64,000 nucleotides of DNA from Chloroflexota bacterium. Lineage in GTDB: Bacteria; Chloroflexota; Anaerolineae; JAAYEA01. The DNA lies in the NCBI GenBank assembly GCA_036841525.1, contig DAITVZ010000001.1, forward strand, positions 67,353 to 131,352, in the 5' to 3' direction. This document shows, in pieces, positions 8,436 to 17,461 of the stretch; position 1 is the first letter of the stretch; each line of letters begins with the position of its first letter. The position numbers were made by a program, and so were the translations under genes. The notes beneath the pieces were generated by a model. The model did not search any database, was not told where the DNA came from, and saw nothing but the letters and a program-made list of their open reading frames with translations.

Positions 8436-10577
8436 ATGAGATCGAGAGCACATCACATCCTGCTGACGCTGTTGCTGACCCTTGCCTTGCTGCCCTGGCA
8501 CGGCAGGGCGATCCAGGCCGGGCCGCCGCTCCCCGCCGTCACCCCGCCGGGCGACCACCAGGCCATCGATCGCGTCGGCGATCCCTGGCCCCTGGCCTTG
8601 CGCGCGCCGTCGAAGCCCGCACCCCTGTCCGATCCGACGTCGGCGCCGGCCTTGGAAGCGCCCGAGCTGGCCGCCCAGCCGCCGGATGCGCCCGCCGCCG
8701 CGGCTCTGGCGCCCGACGCGATCCTGGGGGCCGGACTGGCCAGCGGCTATGGCAACCTGGCGCCCTATACGCCCCCCGCGGCGAGCTATCCGGCGACCCC
8801 TGCCTCGGTGATGGGAACCCGCACCGCGAACGCCCTCTATGCCGGGCTGCCGACCTACCTCGATTGGGCCGTGGTGAATAGCGGCGACGCGCCCATCCTG
8901 GCGGGGTTCGAAACGCGCCTGTACCTCGACGGGCTGCTCATCGGCTCCTGGCGTGTCGAGGGGTTGCAGCCGCGCTGGTACGCCTATGTGGCCGATTTCG
9001 CCTATACCGTGACCACGCCGGGCTGGCACCGCTTGCGCCTGCTGGTGGACGCGCGCCAAGAGGCCGTCGAAGCGGACGAGCAGGACAACTATTGGGAATA
9101 CAGCTTTTACTGGCAGCCCATCGGCCAGCCCAACCTCCGGGCGGTCGTCCCGCCAGGCTGGCCGGCGGCGCTGGTGCTTTCCGCCGCCGCGGGGACGCGC
9201 GCGAGCGACACGCTCTGGGCTGGCCAGCCGACCTATTTCGACTGGGCCATCATCAACGATGGGCCGGTTTCGGTGATGGCTTCCTTCCATACGACCCTCT
9301 ACCTGGATGATCAGCGCATCGCCTCCTGGCAGACTGGCTCGCTCTTGCCCCGCTGGCTGGCCAAGACCGAGGATTGGTCCTATGCCGTCATGTCCCCCGG
9401 GTGGCACACCGTACGTCTGGTGATCGACTCGGGCGGCGCGGTGGACGAGGCCAACGAGGCCGACAATGTCTGGGAGGGGCGCTTTTATTGGCAGGCGAGC
9501 GGCAAGCCCAACCTGCGGCCCTATCGCCCCGAGGGCTGGAGCGGCTCGCTGGTGGTGTCTTCGGCGGCGGGGACCAACACCTCCACCACGCTATACGCCG
9601 GCCAGCCCCTGTACCTGGACTGGGCGGTGATCAACGATAGCGTCGTCGCCATCGCCGGCACCTTTTACCACCACCTCTATGTCGACGGCCAGCGGGTGGC
9701 GAGCTGGTACTCCAGCCGCGTCGCTGGGCGCTGGTACATGACTTGCGTCGATTGGACCTACACCATCGCGCAGCCGGGCTGGCATCGCTTCGTGCTGGTC
9801 ACGGACGCCACCGGCGCCGTGGCCGAGTCCGACGAGCGAGACAACGTCTGCCAGGTGGACCTCTGGCTCGAGGAGCGCGAGGTCAGGACCGTCGGCGTCG
9901 AGTGGGTGAACAGCTATCTGCGCTCGGGGCTATCCTACCTCCAGCACAACGAGAGCAACGTCACGCGGCTGGTCGACGAGCTGGCGCGGATCGGCTGGAG
10001 CACGGCCTTCAACTGGGGCGAAGAGAGCGCCTGGGAGCGTGATTTCAAGGACGTGGCGCGGGGCGGCGCGGATAACCAGGTCGTGGACTCGGTGGCGCTG
10101 GCCTATTTCTCCGGGCACGGCAACCGCGACGGCCTGCTCTTTGACACGCAGCGCGACGACTATCACCTGCGCCATGACGAGGCGGCCTGGGGCGATGGCG
10201 GGCTGAACTGGCTGGTGGCCGATGCCTGCCTGGTGCTCAACAACGACGATGGCCAGTGCATCCAGCGCTGGGCGCCGGCCTTCCGGGGGCTGCACATGCT
10301 GTTGGGGTTCGATACGGTTTGCTACGACACGCCCAGCCGCGGCGAGAACCTGGCGCGCTACGCCGATGGCTCCTATTGGTGGCAGGGCGCGCTGCCGATC
10401 AAGGAGGCCTGGTTCCAGGCCGCCGCCGTCACCGAGAGCTCGGCGTCCTATAGCGCCGCGCTGATCGCCACGCAGCCGAATATCGATCCCAGCGGCGACT
10501 ATTTGCCGGGGATCGGCAGCTACAGCCCGGACCCCGTCGCGCCGACCCAGTTCTTCCTCTGGCGGGTGCAGAATTGA
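8436..10577 (+). CDS. Secreted protein: signal peptide, Pro/Ala linker, three tandem CARDB-like domains and a C-terminal caspase-like (clan CD-like) His/Cys domain
   Basis: ORF 8418-10577 with an ATG at 8436 (MRSRAHHILLTLLLTLALLPWHGRAIQA). Three ~110-aa repeats each end in a CARDB-like acidic signature (EADEQDNYWE, EANEADNVWEG, ESDERDNVCQ). The C-terminal domain has VALAYFSGHGNRDG followed about 50 aa later by NWLVADACLVLN, a His-Gly / Ala-Cys dyad at caspase/gingipain-like spacing. Confidence 0.6.
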   Translation: MRSRAHHILLTLLLTLALLPWHGRAIQAGPPLPAVTPPGDHQAIDRVGDPWPLALRAPSKPAPLSDPTSAPALEAPELAAQPPDAPAAAALAPDAILGAGLASGYGNLAPYTPPAASYPATPASVMGTRTANALYAGLPTYLDWAVVNSGDAPILAGFETRLYLDGLLIGSWRVEGLQPRWYAYVADFAYTVTTPGWHRLRLLVDARQEAVEADEQDNYWEYSFYWQPIGQPNLRAVVPPGWPAALVLSAAAGTRASDTLWAGQPTYFDWAIINDGPVSVMASFHTTLYLDDQRIASWQTGSLLPRWLAKTEDWSYAVMSPGWHTVRLVIDSGGAVDEANEADNVWEGRFYWQASGKPNLRPYRPEGWSGSLVVSSAAGTNTSTTLYAGQPLYLDWAVINDSVVAIAGTFYHHLYVDGQRVASWYSSRVAGRWYMTCVDWTYTIAQPGWHRFVLVTDATGAVAESDERDNVCQVDLWLEEREVRTVGVEWVNSYLRSGLSYLQHNESNVTRLVDELARIGWSTAFNWGEESAWERDFKDVARGGADNQVVDSVALAYFSGHGNRDGLLFDTQRDDYHLRHDEAAWGDGGLNWLVADACLVLNNDDGQCIQRWAPAFRGLHMLLGFDTVCYDTPSRGENLARYADGSYWWQGALPIKEAWFQAAAVTESSASYSAALIATQPNIDPSGDYLPGIGSYSPDPVAPTQFFLWRVQN
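8800..9870 (+). repeat. In-frame tandem triplication (~330 nt units) encoding the three CARDB-like domains
   Basis: The protein-level repeats (TLxAGQPxYxDWAxIN...GWHxxRLxxD...DExDExDNxW) recur three times. The boundaries given are approximate. Confidence 0.5.
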
Positions 10578-10627
10578 GAGAGGGCGCGCACCACCGAGTC
10601 GCAAAGGGCACGGAGAGAAACCTGGTT

Positions 10628-11632
10628 ATGAACGGACGAGAAAGAGAGAGGGCCCCGCGCGGAGGCGCTCCGTATGCAGGGACGCGTCGCGGGACCTGGC
10701 TCAAGTTCCCGGCTTGGCTCGCCGCGGCGCTGTTGGCCGTCTTGCTGGCGGGGAGCGCCCGCTGGAGCCCGTCCGCGCCGCCGCTGGGCCTGCAGATCAA
10801 GGCGCCTCGGGCCCAGTTGGACCTCACGCTCTCAGGCCAGCTCCCGCCGTCGCCCGAGTCGGCGATGGTGTACCAGGTCGTCTATCCGCAGGTCGACGAG
10901 GGCTACCTGGCCCGGCTGGCCGCCGCCTTTGGCCTGGACCCGGCGAGCAGCCGCCAGGGCGAGACGGTGGTGCTGGCCCGCGGCGCGCAGAGCCTGGAGG
11001 TGTACCCTCAGACCGGGGCCTTTTGGTACAAGGACGCCGAGCGGCTCTGGCAGCCGGATGGCCGCGCCCCTGCCGAGGAGGCCGGGATCGCGCTGGCCGA
11101 GGCCTTTTTGGCGGCGCGGGGCTTGCTCCCCGGCGATGCGCTCTTTGAGGGCACCGGCCACAGCCAGCTCACGGTCTATGATGCCGCCACCGGCAGCTCG
11201 ACGGTGCGCGACACGGACCTGCACGTCAACTATCGTCTCTGCATCAACGGCGCGCCGGTGGAGGGCCCGGGCGGCAAGATCAAGGTCTATCTCGGGGAGG
11301 GGAACCGCGTGGTGGGCCTGTATTGGGCGGCTTTCGAGATCGCCCCGGCGCGGGCGCAGCCCATCATCTCGCCGCAGCAGGCCCTGGAGCACTTGAGACA
11401 GGATGGCATCGCCACCACGGTGAAGGATCCCCGGTCGGCCACCGTCAGCCAGGTCTCCCTCGCCTATCTGGCCGGCCCCGGGAACGAGGCGCAGGAGTTC
11501 CTGGAGCCGGTTTACCGCGTCAGTGGCGTGGTGGCGGGCGAGGCCGAAGAGGAGCGCTTTGTGCAATATGTCCCGGCGCTGGTGGGGCAGTACCGCTCGC
11601 CCATCCGGGAGCCGGCAGCCCCGGAACGCTAA
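10628..11632 (+). CDS. Hypothetical membrane-anchored or secreted protein, possibly with tandem PepSY-like (peptidase-inhibitor-type) repeats
   Basis: ORF 10574-11632 with an ATG at 10628 (GGAGAGA RBS). The N-terminus is Arg-rich followed by a hydrophobic anchor (WLKFPAWLAAALLAVLLAGSA). Segments EEAGIALAEAFL...TVYDAATG and ISPQQALEHL...EPVYRVSGV resemble PepSY-like folds. The PepSY call is tentative. Confidence 0.45.
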   Translation: MNGRERERAPRGGAPYAGTRRGTWLKFPAWLAAALLAVLLAGSARWSPSAPPLGLQIKAPRAQLDLTLSGQLPPSPESAMVYQVVYPQVDEGYLARLAAAFGLDPASSRQGETVVLARGAQSLEVYPQTGAFWYKDAERLWQPDGRAPAEEAGIALAEAFLAARGLLPGDALFEGTGHSQLTVYDAATGSSTVRDTDLHVNYRLCINGAPVEGPGGKIKVYLGEGNRVVGLYWAAFEIAPARAQPIISPQQALEHLRQDGIATTVKDPRSATVSQVSLAYLAGPGNEAQEFLEPVYRVSGVVAGEAEEERFVQYVPALVGQYRSPIREPAAPER

Positions 11633-11650
11633 GCAGGAGGCCAGCAGACG

Positions 11651-12463
11651 ATGGAACCCTTGGATATCCGGCAGGTTGAGGCGCTGCTGACCACGGCCTA
11701 TGTGGGGCGCTCCCTAGCCTATCATCCCCTCACCGATTCCACCAACCGCGTGGCCAAGGAGTTGGCCGGGCACGGCGCGCCCGATGGCACGCTGGTCATC
11801 GCCGACGCGCAGAGCGCGGGGCGGGGCCGCCTGGGGCGCCAATGGCTCTCCCCGCCCAACACCAACTTGCTCATGTCGCTGCTCTTTTACCCGCCGCTGC
11901 GTCCGGACCAGGCGCAGCGGATGACCATGGTCTGCGCGCTGGCGGCGGCGGACAGCGTCGCCCAGGTCACCGGGCTGGCGTCCCAGCTCAAGTGGCCCAA
12001 CGACCTGCTCCTGGGCGGGACCAAGGTCGGGGGCATCCTGACCGAGCTGGGGCTGCGCGGCAGCGAACTGGCCTATACGGTGGTGGGGATCGGTCTGAAC
12101 GTCAACCTGGCGCGGGAGCAGCTCCCAGAAGAGTTGCGCCCCCTGGCCACGAGCGTGGCCCAGGAGTTGGGCCGCCCCGTCTCGCGGGAGGCCCTATTGG
12201 CCGCCTTCCTCCAGGGCGTGGAGGTCCGCTACGATCGGCTGAAGGCGGGCGAGTCGCCGATGCAGGAGTGGGCCGCACGGCTGGCCACGCTGGGCCAGTG
12301 GGTGCAGGTCAACGAGGCGCAGGGCGCCTGGCAGGCCGAGGGGCTGGCCGAGTCCGTGGACGAGGACGGCGCCCTGTGGCTGCGCCTGGCCGATGGCGAG
12401 CGGCGCCGCATCCTAGCGGGCGACGTCACCTTGCGCAAAAGCCAGCCTAACGCCACGAAGTGA
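11651..12463 (+). CDS. birA: Biotin--[acetyl-CoA-carboxylase] ligase (group I, no N-terminal HTH)
   Basis: It carries the BirA signature motif GRGRLGRQWLSP, together with KWPNDLLLGGTKVGGILTE. AGGAGG RBS. Confidence 0.8.
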   Translation: MEPLDIRQVEALLTTAYVGRSLAYHPLTDSTNRVAKELAGHGAPDGTLVIADAQSAGRGRLGRQWLSPPNTNLLMSLLFYPPLRPDQAQRMTMVCALAAADSVAQVTGLASQLKWPNDLLLGGTKVGGILTELGLRGSELAYTVVGIGLNVNLAREQLPEELRPLATSVAQELGRPVSREALLAAFLQGVEVRYDRLKAGESPMQEWAARLATLGQWVQVNEAQGAWQAEGLAESVDEDGALWLRLADGERRRILAGDVTLRKSQPNATK

Positions 12464-13565
12464 ACAAGGTCTGCGTGGCGCCGCGGGCCGCGCCCTTTCT
12501 CGCGGCGACGTCGAGGATCACCACCGCGCCTGGGGCGGGGTTGCCGATCTCGAAGGTCAGCGCGGCCCGGCCGGTGGGGCCGGTCTGCCCCTCCAAGCGG
12601 CGGGTTTGGTCGGCGGAAAAGCGCACCACCACCTCCACCCGCGCCTGGCTCACCCGCTCTCCCCGCCCATCCCGCACCTGCACATAGACGGTCTGGCTGC
12701 CGCCCTGGCCGGTCACCGGGTACCTGACCGCGGCGGACACGGCCAGCGCGTCGCTGCTCTGGGAAAGCAAGGGCAGTTTGGGCGTGGGCTGCTGCGCCTT
12801 TTCGGCCTCCGGCGCGGGCAGCAGATCGATGGCCAGCGGGGAGGTCAGCGCGGCGGTGAAGGGCCGCATCTCCACCAGGGCGGGCAGCGTCGTTTCCGGG
12901 GGCGCGGCGACGAGGGCCGCGGGGGTAGGCGACGGCTCCGCTGGGGCCCACGGATTCACGGGCTTGAGCAGGCTGGCGGGCAGGTTGAGGTGGCGGAGAT
13001 AGGCTTCGCCCAGCCGGCCGAGGCGGATGGGCTCGGGGTCGCCCTGGGCCCATTCCAGGCTGCCGTACTCGTAGTACTGGACGATGCGCCCCTCTTCCAC
13101 GGCGATCTCGGTGATGGGCTGGCCGAGCAGCGCCTCCCCGCCCAGTTCCTCGTAGAGTGCCAGGAAGGGCTCCATCACCAGGTGGCCGGTCTCGGGGAAG
13201 TGGCGCTGGTTGGGTCCGGCGAGCGCGGCGATGGCGCTGGCGGGCAGGGGCGGGGTCTGGCGGCCCAGCTTGAGCCCCAAGGGGATCAGCCCGAGCGCGC
13301 CGTCCCCGGCCAGGGGCCGCTCGAACCCCAGCCGCTCAAAGATCTGGACGAGCACCTGGCCGTGGATGAACTCGTCGGTGAGGGGGCGGCCGACCACCGC
13401 CTCGCCGCCGAGCGCCTGGTAATAGTCAGCGAACTCGCCCCTGATGTTATGCCCCGTCTCGGCGCAATAAAGCGCCGCTGGCGCGACGTCTTCCTCGGCT
13501 TGCGCGGCTGACGCCCATCCGCAGGCGAGCAGCGCCGCGCATAAGCAGATCCGGAGCCACCTCAT
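12447..13565 (-). CDS. Secreted LGFP-repeat protein
   Basis: ORF 12447-13613. The start is placed at the ATG at 13565, which has an AAGGGGGG RBS at the correct spacing. Signal peptide (MRWLRICLCAALLACGWASAAQA). Two LGFP-like repeats are present (GHNIRGEFADYYQALGGEAVVGRPLTDE and GHLVMEPFLALYEELGGEALLGQPITE). Confidence 0.55.
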   Translation of the reverse strand: MRWLRICLCAALLACGWASAAQAEEDVAPAALYCAETGHNIRGEFADYYQALGGEAVVGRPLTDEFIHGQVLVQIFERLGFERPLAGDGALGLIPLGLKLGRQTPPLPASAIAALAGPNQRHFPETGHLVMEPFLALYEELGGEALLGQPITEIAVEEGRIVQYYEYGSLEWAQGDPEPIRLGRLGEAYLRHLNLPASLLKPVNPWAPAEPSPTPAALVAAPPETTLPALVEMRPFTAALTSPLAIDLLPAPEAEKAQQPTPKLPLLSQSSDALAVSAAVRYPVTGQGGSQTVYVQVRDGRGERVSQARVEVVVRFSADQTRRLEGQTGPTGRAALTFEIGNPAPGAVVILDVAARKGAARGATQTLFTSWR

Positions 13566-13601
13566 CCCCATCCCCCCTTGTCCGCGTGGACGACTGCCCC
13601 T

Positions 13602-13630
13602 ATTATACCGCACATTTCAACTAATTGCAA
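13602..13630 (-). promoter_or_regulatory. Near-consensus sigma70 promoter (TTGCAA-17-TATAAT) reading toward the LGFP gene
   Basis: The minus strand carries TTGCAA (13630-13625) and TATAAT (13607-13602) with a 17-nt spacer, about 35 nt upstream of the ATG at 13565. It lies inside the AT-rich island. Confidence 0.5.
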
Positions 13631-13770
13631 TACGCTTCCATGCAATCAACCTCATTATCTTTGCAATGGTTCTGGCTGCACCGGGCGCGTGCGGGTTACT
13701 CGCTCTACAACGAGAAATCACGAGAATGTTAAAAATATTGATATTCAGTGTAAAAATCTTACAAGAGGTA

Positions 13771-13799
13771 TTGACAAAACAGGCAAGTTGTGTTATAAT
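13771..13799 (+). promoter_or_regulatory. Textbook sigma70 consensus promoter with extended -10 (TTGACA-17-TGtTATAAT), driving the DUF2089 gene
   Basis: TTGACA at 13771-13776, a 17-nt spacer, and TATAAT at 13794-13799 preceded by TGt. It sits about 45 nt upstream of the AAAGGAG RBS and ATG 13848. Confidence 0.6.
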
Positions 13800-13847
13800 T
13801 CTTGCCAACGAGATAAAGAATATTAACATCGACCATAAAGGAGCGCC

Positions 13848-14225
13848 ATGTACCCCGTGATGGGAAAATGCCCGGTCTGCGGAGAGAGCTTGAACGTGAC
13901 CCGGCTGCACTGCCGGCACTGCGACACGACCCTGGAAGGCCAGTTTGCGTTGGGCCGGTTCTACCAACTGTCGCCCGAGCAGCTCGCCTTCGTGGAGACC
14001 TTCGTCCGCTGCGAGGGCAAGATCACCCGGGTGCAGGAAGAGCTCGGCCTCTCCTACCCCGCCGTGCGGGCCCGGCTCAACGACGCGATCCGCGGGCTGG
14101 GCTACGAGGTCAAGGAAGAGGAGCCGACGCTGCCCCTCGCCGAGCGCCAGGCCGTGCTGGACGATCTCGCCAAGGGCAAGATCAGCCCGGACGAAGCGCT
14201 CAAGCTATTGCGCACTGGTGAATAG
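13848..14225 (+). CDS. DUF2089-like Zn-ribbon + HTH protein with a C-terminal SHOCT-like peptide
   Basis: Zinc ribbon CPVCGESLNVTRLHCRHC; HTH-like segment LSPEQLAFVETFVRCEGKITRVQEELGLSYPAVRARL; C-terminal peptide DDLAKGKISPDEALKLL. Confidence 0.6.
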   Translation: MYPVMGKCPVCGESLNVTRLHCRHCDTTLEGQFALGRFYQLSPEQLAFVETFVRCEGKITRVQEELGLSYPAVRARLNDAIRGLGYEVKEEEPTLPLAERQAVLDDLAKGKISPDEALKLLRTGE

Positions 14226-14258
14226 GCCCGCCTGATTCAGGACGGGCGCAAGGAGGAC

Positions 14259-14474
14259 ATGATGTACGAGCAAGGCAATGCCTATCTGCAGGACTGGACG
14301 GCTGGCCGCCTCTTCGAGCTGCGTAAGGCCGCCGCCGCCGCGCACTCGCTGCGCGCGACCCAGGGCAACCTGGCGTCTTGGTGGACCCGAGCGCTGAGCC
14401 AAGCCGGACGCGCGCTGGTCAACACTGGCCTGTGGCTGGAACTGCTGGCGAACAAGGAACTCGCTGCCAGGTAA
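14259..14474 (+). CDS. Small hypothetical protein (71 aa)
   Basis: AAGGAGGA RBS directly upstream. No recognisable domain. Confidence 0.35.
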   Translation: MMYEQGNAYLQDWTAGRLFELRKAAAAAHSLRATQGNLASWWTRALSQAGRALVNTGLWLELLANKELAAR

Positions 14475-14513
14475 TGGCGTAGAATGATAGGAAGCGGGGA
14501 AAGAGGAGAACAC

Positions 14514-15128
14514 ATGGAGACCCAAGATATTCGTAGCGAGATCGAGAAAGAGATGGCTGAGGCCGCGGAGGAGATCGCCGAGGCCCAGGAAGAGATCCGG
14601 GAGGCCACCGAGGAGGTGCGCCAGCAGGTGCACTATACCGACAAGATCGGCCCCGAGATCGAAGAGCTGATGGCCCACTTGGGCGAGCAGCTCAACCATC
14701 TGGAAGAGCGCATCTCCTCGCGGGTGGAACGCGAAGTCGAGCGGCTCTCCCGGCACATGGCTGACAAGATCGACCCCGAGACGGTTGGGCAAGAGACGAC
14801 CAAGATGATCCGCAAGGCGCTGAACAAGATCCAGGAGTCGCTCGATCCGGAGGCCATCGGCCAAAAGGCCGAGGAGGCCACGCGCCAGGCGATGGAGCAG
14901 TTGGAGCGCCGGGAACGGATGCGGGCCGAGGCGCAGGCCATGCGCGATCGCATGCGCGAGCAAGCGCGCCAGCAGCGTTCGGCCTATGTCTCCATGCGGG
15001 CGCCGCAGCCGCCGCGCGCCCCGGCCAAAAGCGCGGGCCGCGAAGAGATCGGCCTGATCCTCAAGATGGTGGAGGAAGGCAAGATCTCGGCCGAGGAGGC
15101 GAACAAGCTGCTGGAGGCCATGAACTAG
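14514..15128 (+). CDS. Acidic coiled-coil protein with a C-terminal SHOCT-like peptide
   Basis: ORF 14484-15128; the ATG at 14514 has a GAGGAG RBS. The body is long E/R/Q-rich heptad-like sequence. The C-terminus reads EIGLILKMVEEGKISAEEANKLLEAMN. Its stop abuts the GNAT start. Confidence 0.5.
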   Translation: METQDIRSEIEKEMAEAAEEIAEAQEEIREATEEVRQQVHYTDKIGPEIEELMAHLGEQLNHLEERISSRVEREVERLSRHMADKIDPETVGQETTKMIRKALNKIQESLDPEAIGQKAEEATRQAMEQLERRERMRAEAQAMRDRMREQARQQRSAYVSMRAPQPPRAPAKSAGREEIGLILKMVEEGKISAEEANKLLEAMN

Positions 15129-16127
15129 ATGCTTGCCCAAGCTCTGCCTCAGCCCATCGTCCGGAGCGCCCTGCGGCCCATGAACCCCCTGCGGGACCTG
15201 GGCCAGATCGCCGACCTGGTCGAAGGGGCCTTTGGCGCCGAGCTGCGCCTGCTGGGCGACGAATACCTCGTGGCCATGCGGCGCTGGGCGGCGCGGGCCC
15301 CGCTGCTTCTGCTGCTGGACCCGGAGGAGTCGTTTCTCTCGGGCTATGTGTGGGAGGAGGCCGGGCGCCTGGTGGGCAACGTGACCGTGGGACCGCTGTA
15401 TCGCGGCAGCGCGGAGTGGCTCATCAGCAATGTGGTGGTGCACCCCGACTATCGCCGCCGCGGCATCGCCCGGCAGCTCATGGAAGCGGCGCTGGCGTCG
15501 ATCGCCGCGCGCGGCGGGGAGAGGGCCGTCTTGCAGATGCGCGAGGACAACGAGGGCGCGGGGCGGCTCTATGCGTCGCTGGGCTTTCGCTATCTTTATG
15601 GCAGCGTCGACCTGTTGCGCGAGGCCCAACCCGCGCCGCCTGCTCTGGGGCCGCTGGCCGTCCCCTGGCGACGTTTTCGCTCCGGCGATCTCCACGCGGC
15701 CAGGCGGCTGCTGCAGCGCGCCACGCCGCCGGAGCAGCAGCCCTATGCGCCTGTCCTGGCGGCCAGTTCCCAGTTCCTGGAGCATGGCGCCTGGGGCGCC
15801 TGGCTGGAGGATCGCCTGGATGGCGCGCGCACGGGGCGCTGGGTGGCCGAGGAGGCCGGGCGAATCTGCGCCTTCTTGGGGGCCCGGGCATCGCGGCGAC
15901 GCGGACGGCACCATCGCCTGTACTGGATCGTCCGCCCTGACCAGCAGGGCCGCCTGGAAGAGGCCCTGGTTGGGCGCGGGCTCGGCTTTTTGGCGGCCTT
16001 TCCGGACCATCCCACCCTGGCCCTGGCGCCGCTCTCCGATGAGACGGGGCTGGCGGCGCTGCGGCAGTGGGGCTTTCGCGAGGTCCGCCGCCTATCCCAC
16101 CTAGTGCGAGAGGTCAAAACGGCATGA
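15129..16127 (+). CDS. GNAT family N-acetyltransferase
   Basis: An acetyl-CoA-binding motif is present (VVVHPDYRRRGIARQLMEAAL...RLYASLGF). The start codon immediately follows the upstream gene's stop. Confidence 0.6.
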   Translation: MLAQALPQPIVRSALRPMNPLRDLGQIADLVEGAFGAELRLLGDEYLVAMRRWAARAPLLLLLDPEESFLSGYVWEEAGRLVGNVTVGPLYRGSAEWLISNVVVHPDYRRRGIARQLMEAALASIAARGGERAVLQMREDNEGAGRLYASLGFRYLYGSVDLLREAQPAPPALGPLAVPWRRFRSGDLHAARRLLQRATPPEQQPYAPVLAASSQFLEHGAWGAWLEDRLDGARTGRWVAEEAGRICAFLGARASRRRGRHHRLYWIVRPDQQGRLEEALVGRGLGFLAAFPDHPTLALAPLSDETGLAALRQWGFREVRRLSHLVREVKTA

Positions 16128-17410
16128 ACGAGCAGGTTGTGCCCGGCCGCCAGCCCGCCGCGCGGGAGAACTGGAAGGCCCGCTTCTTTACCATCTGGAC
16201 CGGCCAGCAGCTCTCCTCGATCGGCAGCCGGCTGGGGCGCTTTGCCCTGGTCTGGTGGATCACCGCCACGACCGGCTCGGCCACGGTCCTGGCCATGGCC
16301 ACGCTGGTGGCGCTGCTGCCCGAGGTGCTGCTGGCGCCCTTTGTGGGCGCCTATGTGGACCGCCACAACCGCCGCCGGATCATGATCCTGGCCGATGGCT
16401 TTGTGGCGCTGGCCTCGGCGGTGCTGGCCTACCTGTTCTGGAGCGGCCAGATGCAGGTTTGGCACGTCTATGTGATCATGCTGGCCCGCTCGCTGGGCGA
16501 GACGCTCCATTGGCCCGCCATGCAGGCCTCCACGTCGCTGATGGTCCCGGAGCGGCACCTTGCGCGGGTGGCGGGGATGAACTCGACCATGATGGGCGTG
16601 CTGAGCGTCGTCGCGCCGCCGTTGGGGGCGCTGCTGCTGGAGCTGTTGCCCTTGCATGGCATCATGGCCATCGACGTGATCACGGCGCTTTTGGCCATCG
16701 TCCCGCTTCTGTTCGTGGGCATCCCGCAGCCGGCGCCGCGCCCGGCAGCCTCGGGCGGCGCAACGTCGCTCTGGGCTGGGGTGCGCGAGGGGCTGACCTA
16801 CGTGCGGGCCTGGCCGGGGCTGTTTCGCATCATGCTCATGGCGGCGCTGCTCAACTTTATGCTGGCCCCCGCCGGGACGTTGCAGCCGATCCTGGTCACC
16901 AAGCACTTTGGCGGCGGGGCGCTGCAACTGGGCTGGTCCAACTCGGCCTGGGGTGCGGGCGTCATCTTGGGCGGGTTGGTGCTCAGCCTGTGGGGCGGCT
17001 TTCGCCGTCGCGTCATCACCAGCCTGGCGGGCCTGGTGGGCCTGGGCCTGGGCGCGGGGATGGTGGGCTTGGCCTCGGCGCACCTGTTCGCGGTGGGGCT
17101 GGCGGGTCTGTTCGTCATGGGCTTCATGAACCCCATCGTCAATGGGCCGCTGATGGCCACGGTGCAGGCCAAGGTCGCGCCCGAGATGCAGGGGCGCGTG
17201 TTCACCATCATGCAGGCCCTGGCTGGCGCCATGATGCCGCTGAGCATGGCCATCGCTGGCCCGGTGGCGGACGCGCTGGGCGTGCAGGTCTGGTTCCTGA
17301 TCGGCGGCCTGACCTGCATCGCCATGGGCATCGGGGCCCTGTTTGTTCCCTCGATCATGAATCTGGAGGCACACGCCGGTCCCGCGGCGGCGGAGGCCGC
17401 GGCGGATTAG
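16124..17410 (+). CDS. MFS transporter (EntS/MFS_3-like, 12 TM)
   Basis: ORF 16067-17410. The ATG at 16124 (MNEQVV) forms an ATGA overlap with the GNAT stop. Hydrophobic TM segments recur throughout. Confidence 0.7.
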   Translation: MNEQVVPGRQPAARENWKARFFTIWTGQQLSSIGSRLGRFALVWWITATTGSATVLAMATLVALLPEVLLAPFVGAYVDRHNRRRIMILADGFVALASAVLAYLFWSGQMQVWHVYVIMLARSLGETLHWPAMQASTSLMVPERHLARVAGMNSTMMGVLSVVAPPLGALLLELLPLHGIMAIDVITALLAIVPLLFVGIPQPAPRPAASGGATSLWAGVREGLTYVRAWPGLFRIMLMAALLNFMLAPAGTLQPILVTKHFGGGALQLGWSNSAWGAGVILGGLVLSLWGGFRRRVITSLAGLVGLGLGAGMVGLASAHLFAVGLAGLFVMGFMNPIVNGPLMATVQAKVAPEMQGRVFTIMQALAGAMMPLSMAIAGPVADALGVQVWFLIGGLTCIAMGIGALFVPSIMNLEAHAGPAAAEAAAD

Positions 17411-17461
17411 GTTGGATGCGCTGGCGCCGCTCAAAGCGCCCTAGAAATGCGGAGAAGGACT

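Noticed and set aside
8156-8881. 241-aa plus-strand ORF spanning the hemerythrin/peptidase intergenic region
   Set aside because: It overlaps the real peptidase start and signal peptide in another frame, has proline/arginine-rich junk composition, and lacks an RBS.
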